NCBI GenBank assembly: GCA_965224245.1
Contig: OZ245046.1
Location: 1,920,001 to 1,984,000 of the forward strand
Source of the DNA: Candidatus Eiseniibacteriota bacterium
GTDB lineage: Bacteria; Eisenbacteria; RBG-16-71-46; CAZAMP01
Direction: 5' to 3'
Length of the DNA stretch: 64,000 bases
Position numbers and translations under genes: made by a program. This document shows positions 58,302 through 64,000 of this stretch, one piece after another. The notes below the pieces were generated by a model that was given only the letters and a program-made list of their open reading frames with translations, searched no databases and was not told the DNA's origin. Within the stretch, counting starts at the first letter, position 1. Each line of letters opens with the position of its first letter.

Positions 58302-59175
58302 CGGGGTTGATCGTCATCCCGCTGGCGATCTCGAACCCGGCCAGCCTCCCGAGCCTCGGCCAGGTCTCCAGGATCGGGTGCACGACACGCTCGGACTCCG
58401 GGTCGGGCGGAAAGCTCCACGTGACGTTGTGCGCCACCGGCCCCAGGAGGCGCTCGGTGCGCCGTGCCACGTCGCCGAGCACGTGCGCCAGCTCCGCGAG
58501 CCCCGGCGCGGGCGCGTGCTCGATCCGGCTCACGCGCACCTCGTAAGGGAATCGCGACACGAACGGGCAGAACGCCACCACGGACCCGGTCGCCACGACG
58601 ACGCGTTCGCCGGCGCGGATCTCCCGTCGCGTGTCCGTACAGTCCGCGCAGACACCGTCGGCTCGCCACGTCTCCCACGCGGTGGCCACGGTCCGCGCCA
58701 GGTGAGACGGTGGCTCCTCGAGCGCCACGATCTGCGTGTGCGGGTGCTCGATCGTCGCGCCGGCCGGCTCGCCGTGGTTCTTGAACGCGATCACGATCCG
58801 GCCGCGGGCGCGGTGGTGCTCGACCCGTTCGTGGAGCACGTCCAGGAACCCCTCGAGCGCACCGGCCGGCATCGTGGCCAGCCGTGCGTCGTGATCGTCG
58901 GACTCCACGATGACCTCGTGTACACCCGCGGGCTCGGCCACCGCCGGGTACTTGTTCGGGATCACCCGGATGGTCCACGCGCTCGACGGGCGACTCACGC
59001 CCGGCGGGCGCTCCAGGATCGCGGGTGGTGTCAGCCTCTCGTGACCGGGACAGAACGGGCACGGCTCGCCCGTGCGTTCGGGGGGGACCGCGCGCCAGTA
59101 GCGGGGCCGGTCGGCACGTGCCCGGGCCATCAGCACGGCCCGGTCCCGGAGCGCGTCGCGTCGGATCTGGCTCAT
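58255..59175 (-). CDS. Galactose-1-phosphate uridylyltransferase family (GalT-like)
   Basis: CPFCPGHE, RVIPNKYP, G.HEVIVE, FKNHG..AGA...HPHTQ. Confidence 0.88.
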   Translation of the reverse strand: MSQIRRDALRDRAVLMARARADRPRYWRAVPPERTGEPCPFCPGHERLTPPAILERPPGVSRPSSAWTIRVIPNKYPAVAEPAGVHEVIVESDDHDARLATMPAGALEGFLDVLHERVEHHRARGRIVIAFKNHGEPAGATIEHPHTQIVALEEPPSHLARTVATAWETWRADGVCADCTDTRREIRAGERVVVATGSVVAFCPFVSRFPYEVRVSRIEHAPAPGLAELAHVLGDVARRTERLLGPVAHNVTWSFPPDPESERVVHPILETWPRLGRLAGFEIASGMTINPVTPETAAEELRASDR

Positions 59176-59212
59176 GCTCCCCGGCGCCTTCCGCACCCGC
59201 GCCGCGTGACGC

Positions 59213-60487
59213 TCACGATCCCGCCTGGGCGGGCCGGTCGGATGCCGCGCGTGCCTCGTAGGCGGCGCGCAGCGCATCCTCGTACGCCGGCGTCATCGCG
59301 ACGCCGCGTCGCGACATCACCCGCCGTGCCGTGGCCACGAAGCGTGACCAGTCGGTCGAACAGGCCACGCCGCGAGTGCCCCACGCGAACGGGGCGATCG
59401 ACCTGGGCGTGAGCCCGGCCTCGCCGAATACGTTCGCGCCGGTGCCGACGATCGTGCCCGTCCCCAGGAGGGTGCCGATCGCCGTCTTCACGTGATCGCC
59501 GGCAAGCGTGCCCAGCTTCGTGAGACCGGTGGAGACGGCGGCGCCGTCGATCTCGAGACGGACCTCCCCGTAGCTGTTCTTGAGATCCGAGCACGTCGTC
59601 ATCGCGCCCAGGTTCACCCACTCGCCGAGAACCGAGTGTCCGATGAAGCCGTCGTGGGCCTTGTTCGAGTAGCCGTGAACGATCGACTCGGCCAGCTCTC
59701 CCCGAAGCTTGCACCGGGGCCCGACCCCGACGTACGGGCCGATCGCACCGCCGAGGAGCGTGGTGCCGGGGCCGATTGAAGCCGGACCGGCGAGCCACGC
59801 ATGTCCGGTCACGACGACGTCGTCGTCGAGCGCAATGGGTCCCTCGCGCGCGTCCAGGGTGCTCCCGGGATCGATCCGCACGCCGGCGCCGACGTGCACC
59901 GGATGTTCGCCCAGAACATTCACGCCGGGCGCGCTCTCGGGGGCGAGCGGAACGAGTGCACCGAGAAGCGCATCGGCGGGGATCAGCCGGTCGAGATGAG
60001 CGACGAGATCCGTCGCGCCCCGGATCACGATGGGGTGCCGCGATGCGCCCTCGCCGGCGCCGGCCACGGGAGCCAGCGTTCTCACGGTCTCGGCGCGATC
60101 GGCCAGCGCCTCGGCGAGCGCGAGTCCGCCGGGCAACATCTCCCCCTCCGGCAGGCGCGCCGCCACGATCTCGTCGCCGGCCAGGAGACGGAAGGGCTCG
60201 TCCTGGCTCAGGAGCGCGTGCCACAGCGCCGGCGTCAGCACGAGAGCGCCATCCAGGAAGAGCGTGTCGCCGCACGGCACCTCCCGCGGGGCGGCCGCGC
60301 GGTCTCCCCGCTCGAGGGCCACCACGTGGGCACGACCGGCGACGAGCGCCGGCTCGTCTCCGGTGATCCGAGCCACGCGCTCGGCGAGGGTGTGACGGCC
60401 CGCCCGCAAGCCCCACGTGGGACGTAGATCGGTGAAGGGAGCCAGCCGGGCGGGCGATCGCTCGAATAGACACACGCGAAGCGACAT
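59213..60487 (-). CDS. GlmU-related putative sugar nucleotidyltransferase with hexapeptide repeats
   Basis: L.PFT..RP...LR.G, NKAHDGFIGHS.LGEWVNLGA.T..SDLKN.YG. Confidence 0.85.
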   Translation of the reverse strand: MSLRVCLFERSPARLAPFTDLRPTWGLRAGRHTLAERVARITGDEPALVAGRAHVVALERGDRAAAPREVPCGDTLFLDGALVLTPALWHALLSQDEPFRLLAGDEIVAARLPEGEMLPGGLALAEALADRAETVRTLAPVAGAGEGASRHPIVIRGATDLVAHLDRLIPADALLGALVPLAPESAPGVNVLGEHPVHVGAGVRIDPGSTLDAREGPIALDDDVVVTGHAWLAGPASIGPGTTLLGGAIGPYVGVGPRCKLRGELAESIVHGYSNKAHDGFIGHSVLGEWVNLGAMTTCSDLKNSYGEVRLEIDGAAVSTGLTKLGTLAGDHVKTAIGTLLGTGTIVGTGANVFGEAGLTPRSIAPFAWGTRGVACSTDWSRFVATARRVMSRRGVAMTPAYEDALRAAYEARAASDRPAQAGS

Positions 60488-60588
60488 CGCTTTCCTCGAT
60501 GATTGGACGCCGGGGCACTTCTAGCACGGGCTCAGGGGGCGTTCAACCGACCCGTCGGTCCGGGCTCACGCCCCGCGATCGCGTCGGC

Positions 60589-61722
60589 TCACGACGTGCG
60601 CGCCATCGAACGCTCGGCGGGCCGAACACCCGCCGCATCGTGGTACAACGCCTCCAGCGCGTCCACGACGACGTCCCAGGAGTAGTTCTCCCGGATGAGG
60701 GTCCGGCAGCGCTCCTCGAAGGAGTTCACGAGCTCCTCGCGGGCGAGAAGCATCGCCATCTTGTCCCGGAGATCGGCCACGTTCTGGGACTCGAACGAGA
60801 CCGCGCAGTCCTCGACGACCTCCATGTTCTCGGGAATGTCACTGACCAGGACGCACTTCCCGAACGACAGCGCCTCCAGGAGCGCGATCGAGAGCCCCTC
60901 TAGCACGGACGGCTGCACCACGAACAGCGCGTTGGACCAGAGCTCGTCCAGGAGGTCACCGTACACGTAGTCGAGCATGACGATGCGGTCGTTTCCGCCG
61001 GCCAGGCGCTTGAGCTCGTCCACGTACCCATCGGAGAAGCTGGAGCCCCCGGCCATCACGAGCTTCACGTCGGTGTCCAGCTGGTTGAACGCCTCGATCA
61101 GGAAGTGGCAGCCCTTCTCGGGCACGAGGCGTCCCACGAACAGGACGTACTGCCCGTCTCCGAGGCCCTGTCGGCGGAGCTTGTTCGGCGGCCGGCGTTC
61201 GGGGATCAGCGTGCCGTTCGGAATGAACGTGGTGTCGATCCCGTAGCGGTCGGCGAAGTACTTCTCGAGCGTCTTCGACACGACGATCGTGCGATCCGGA
61301 AAGCGCAGGGCCGGTCGCTCGCAGAAGCGCAGGAAGCTCTTGGCGAACTTCCCCCACTTGTCGCGCTGCCAGTCCAGTCCGTGCACGGTGACCACGGTGC
61401 GCTTCCCCACCAGCCGCGGCAGCCCCGAGAACAACGACGGTCCGAGGGCGTGGTAGTGCACGATGTCGAAGTCACGGAACAGCGAGTCGATGCTCGCGAT
61501 CAGGCAGTGCGAGGCCGCGTCCAGGTGCTTGGTCTTCAGCGTCGGGTGCCGGATGAGTCGCACGCCCAGATGCGTGCCCCGCTGTCGGCTGTAGTGCATG
61601 CGCGTGTACACGCTCACGTCGTGGCCGCGACGGACGAGCCGGGACGCCAGCTCCTCGACGTGACGCTCGACGCCACCATAAGTGGCGGGCATCCCCTTCT
61701 GTCCGACCATCGCGATCTTCAT
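60589..61722 (-). CDS. Glycosyltransferase family 4
   Basis: KG.PA.YGGVE, VGRLVPEKG, EGLSIALLEA. Confidence 0.92.
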   Translation of the reverse strand: MKIAMVGQKGMPATYGGVERHVEELASRLVRRGHDVSVYTRMHYSRQRGTHLGVRLIRHPTLKTKHLDAASHCLIASIDSLFRDFDIVHYHALGPSLFSGLPRLVGKRTVVTVHGLDWQRDKWGKFAKSFLRFCERPALRFPDRTIVVSKTLEKYFADRYGIDTTFIPNGTLIPERRPPNKLRRQGLGDGQYVLFVGRLVPEKGCHFLIEAFNQLDTDVKLVMAGGSSFSDGYVDELKRLAGGNDRIVMLDYVYGDLLDELWSNALFVVQPSVLEGLSIALLEALSFGKCVLVSDIPENMEVVEDCAVSFESQNVADLRDKMAMLLAREELVNSFEERCRTLIRENYSWDVVVDALEALYHDAAGVRPAERSMARTS

Positions 61723-62945
61723 GCGGCCAGACTCCGGTAGAGATCGGTGAGCGCCGACACGTGCCCCGGCGCGGCGAACTCGTCGTCGATGCGCGCGCGC
61801 GCGGCACGTCCCATGCGTTCCAGCGCCGCCGGGTCGGAGGCCATTCGCTCCCAGACGGCCGCCAGTCCCTCGGCGTCTCCCGACTCGAACAGCGCGCCGG
61901 TGTCCCCGTCACGCACGAGCTCGGGGATGCCGCCCACGTTCGCCCCGAGCACCGGCTTGCCCAGCGCGAACGCCTCCAGGATCGAGTACGGCAGATTCTC
62001 GTACCACTCCGACGGAACGATCACGAAGGCGGCCCGCCGGATCCGCTCGTGCAGCGCTTCGCCCGACTGATAGCCGTGCACGCGCACCCGCCCGTCGAGC
62101 GTGCGGACCTCCGTGCCGATCTCGTCCGCCAGCGGGCCCTCGCCCACGATGTCCAGGCGAGCCCCCGGCCGGGCGGCGCTCAACGCGCGCATCGCCTCCA
62201 GGAGCGTGCTCACCCCCTTCTCCCGGGACAGACGGCCCACGTACAGCGCGTACTCTCCGGGCCGGGGCTCGGGCGAGTATCGATCGGTGTGGAGGAAGTA
62301 CGGAAAGTGAACCAGCCGCTCGATCGCGATCCCGAACTCGGCGCACTTGTCGCGCATGAACGCGCTGGGACACAGAAAGCGTCCCACACGGTCGTAGCTG
62401 TGTCGCCGGGCGTGCCACGCCATCTCGACGAAGCCGAGGACGCTCTTGGCCAGCGACCCGTGATGGCAGCGCGTGCGGACGGCCTCGTGATGCCGGCCGG
62501 TCCGGCAGCGTTCGCAGACCTCGCCGTTCGCGAACAGCAGATAGGACGAGCAGATGAGCTTGTAGTCGTGCAGCGTCTGCACGACCGGCACCCCGGCGTC
62601 GCCGATCGCCTCCAGGATCGACGGCGTGAGCTGGTGCGCGATGTTGTGCAGGTGCGCGACGTCGGGCTTGGTGTCGTCGATGAGCCGGCGGATGCGCTGC
62701 TTGGCCTCGTCGCTATGCACGAACCGGACCGCGTCACGCACGCGCGAGAGCGGAGAGCCGCCGCCGTGGAAGTCGACCTCGGGGACGAAGTACGGCGCGA
62801 ACGGAGACGGCTCGTTCCGCGGATGCGTCATCGCGAACGACACCACCTCGTGCCCGGCGTCCACGAGCGCGCGGCTCAGATCGAAGAAGTAGCGCTCGGA
62901 GCCGCCCTTCACCCAGAAGAACTTGTTGATCTGAAGCACCCGCAT
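61719..62945 (-). CDS. Glycosyltransferase family 4
   Basis: MRVLQINKF...GG.E, TLHDY..IC, GRLS.EKG, PSEWYEN.PYSILEA. Confidence 0.92.
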   Translation of the reverse strand: MRVLQINKFFWVKGGSERYFFDLSRALVDAGHEVVSFAMTHPRNEPSPFAPYFVPEVDFHGGGSPLSRVRDAVRFVHSDEAKQRIRRLIDDTKPDVAHLHNIAHQLTPSILEAIGDAGVPVVQTLHDYKLICSSYLLFANGEVCERCRTGRHHEAVRTRCHHGSLAKSVLGFVEMAWHARRHSYDRVGRFLCPSAFMRDKCAEFGIAIERLVHFPYFLHTDRYSPEPRPGEYALYVGRLSREKGVSTLLEAMRALSAARPGARLDIVGEGPLADEIGTEVRTLDGRVRVHGYQSGEALHERIRRAAFVIVPSEWYENLPYSILEAFALGKPVLGANVGGIPELVRDGDTGALFESGDAEGLAAVWERMASDPAALERMGRAARARIDDEFAAPGHVSALTDLYRSLAA

Positions 62946-62947
62946 CG

Positions 62948-64000
62948 CTACGTCCCCGGATCGAGCTCGTCGATCAATGCCTGTGTCTCGCCGACCACCC
63001 GCTCGACGCTGAACTCTCGCTCGATCCACCGGCGTCCCCGCTCACCGAGGTCCGCGCGCAGGGCGGGATCGGCCAGGACGGTGCCGAGAGCCGTGGCGAA
63101 CGCGTCGGGGTCCCCGGGAGGAACGAGGAGACCCGCTCCCCCCTGCTCGACGATCTCGTCCAGACTTCCCACGCGGGTCGCGATGGCCGGAACGCCCTGC
63201 GCGATGGCCTCCAGCAGCGAGTACGGCAACGTCTCCACGAGAGGCAACGACGTGAGAACGACGACGTCGAATGCCCCGACCAGCCGGGGCGCGTCGGGAC
63301 GCAGACCCAGAAAGCGCACGATGCCCGTGAGTCCGAGCCGCGCCGCCTCGGTCACCAGCTCCTCGCGACGCGGGCCGTCCCCGACCAGGAGCACCCGGAG
63401 TCGTGGGTTGTCGTCCTTCAGACGGGCCACCGCGTGAAAGAGCGTCTCGTGTGACTTCTCCGGCCGGAGCATCGCGACCATGCCCACCGCGACGTCGTCG
63501 GCGGCGAGCCCCAGCTCGGCCCGGATGGCCCGGCGCTCGGTCTTGCTCAGGGGACCGGTCGTATCGACGCCGTTGCGAATCGTCACGAGCTTGTGCGCCG
63601 GAACGCCGAGCTCGCGGAGGTAGCCGGCCTGGCCCCGCGCGGTCGCGATCACCCGGGAGAGCGACGGGATCGCCAGGCGGACCCCGACGGGCAGGCTGGA
63701 GCCACCGCCCCAGAGCCCGGTCGTGTGCATGACCATCAGCCGGACCGGCACGCCGGCCGCCCGCGCCGCGGGGGCTCCCCACGCGACGGCGTTGGTGTGG
63801 TCGAGGAAGTACACCGCGCGGGCCCCGCGATCCCGGAAGAACCGGTACAGCCGGAGGAACCCGCGTGGATCCCGCGCCCCGGGCGAGAGATCGGCCACGA
63901 CCCGGATGCCCTCGCGCTCGAGCATCTCGCCGATGACGCCGGCCTCGCGGAGACAGATCGTCTCCACGGTGGATCCGGTCCGGTGGAGACGGCGCATGAT
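62948..64000 (-). CDS. Glycosyltransferase family 4 (5' end outside window)
   Basis: IRNGVD, LRPEKSH, VGDGP, E.LP.SLLEA. Confidence 0.88.
   Translation of the reverse strand: MMRRLHRTGSTVETICLREAGVIGEMLEREGIRVVADLSPGARDPRGFLRLYRFFRDRGARAVYFLDHTNAVAWGAPAARAAGVPVRLMVMHTTGLWGGGSSLPVGVRLAIPSLSRVIATARGQAGYLRELGVPAHKLVTIRNGVDTTGPLSKTERRAIRAELGLAADDVAVGMVAMLRPEKSHETLFHAVARLKDDNPRLRVLLVGDGPRREELVTEAARLGLTGIVRFLGLRPDAPRLVGAFDVVVLTSLPLVETLPYSLLEAIAQGVPAIATRVGSLDEIVEQGGAGLLVPPGDPDAFATALGTVLADPALRADLGERGRRWIEREFSVERVVGETQALIDELDPGT

Noticed and set aside
63-63782. Many long overlapping ORFs rich in Arg/Gly/Pro/Ala (e.g. 2525-4813, 8593-11382, 24820-28002, 44070-46754, 49695-52649 upstream part)
   Set aside because: Shadow ORFs expected at high GC. 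They lie antisense or off-frame to genes with clear family motifs.
1-64000. CRISPR array, transposase, prophage or rRNA
   Set aside because: No regularly spaced repeats or recognisable motifs were seen.

Overview
High-GC bacterial chromosomal segment. Secreted proteins with FlgD-Ig C-terminal domains and a 'TWSRLKSRYR' tail suggest an FCB-group candidate lineage such as Eisenbacteria or Krumholzibacteriota (inference). About 50 CDSs, five tRNAs, two surface-glycan gene blocks and several large secreted proteins are visible. The main find is an operon at about 9.8-17.9 kb related to quinohemoprotein amine dehydrogenase (qhp) clusters. It encodes a radical SAM/SPASM maturase, a 97-aa QhpC-like precursor (TTG start) that keeps the thioether and CTQ-forming residues plus four extra Cys, two secreted beta-propellers, an ABC exporter, a short S8 protease and a cobalamin-type radical SAM protein with a split CX46CX2C motif. 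The diheme alpha subunit (QhpA) and flavin monooxygenase (QhpG) genes are absent from this window. A second B12-radical SAM gene, a GT2-TPR gene and an A-type Fe-S carrier gene lie next to the operon. Other notable items: a GluRS-like ORF lacking HIGH/KMSKS beside tRNA-Gln/Glu, a 23-aa hydrophobic TTA-containing micro-ORF just upstream of tRNA-Leu(UAA), a GAFTGA-less sigma54-type regulator and a DUF4388-degenerate PilT fusion. All calls come from reading motifs by eye; no searches were run.
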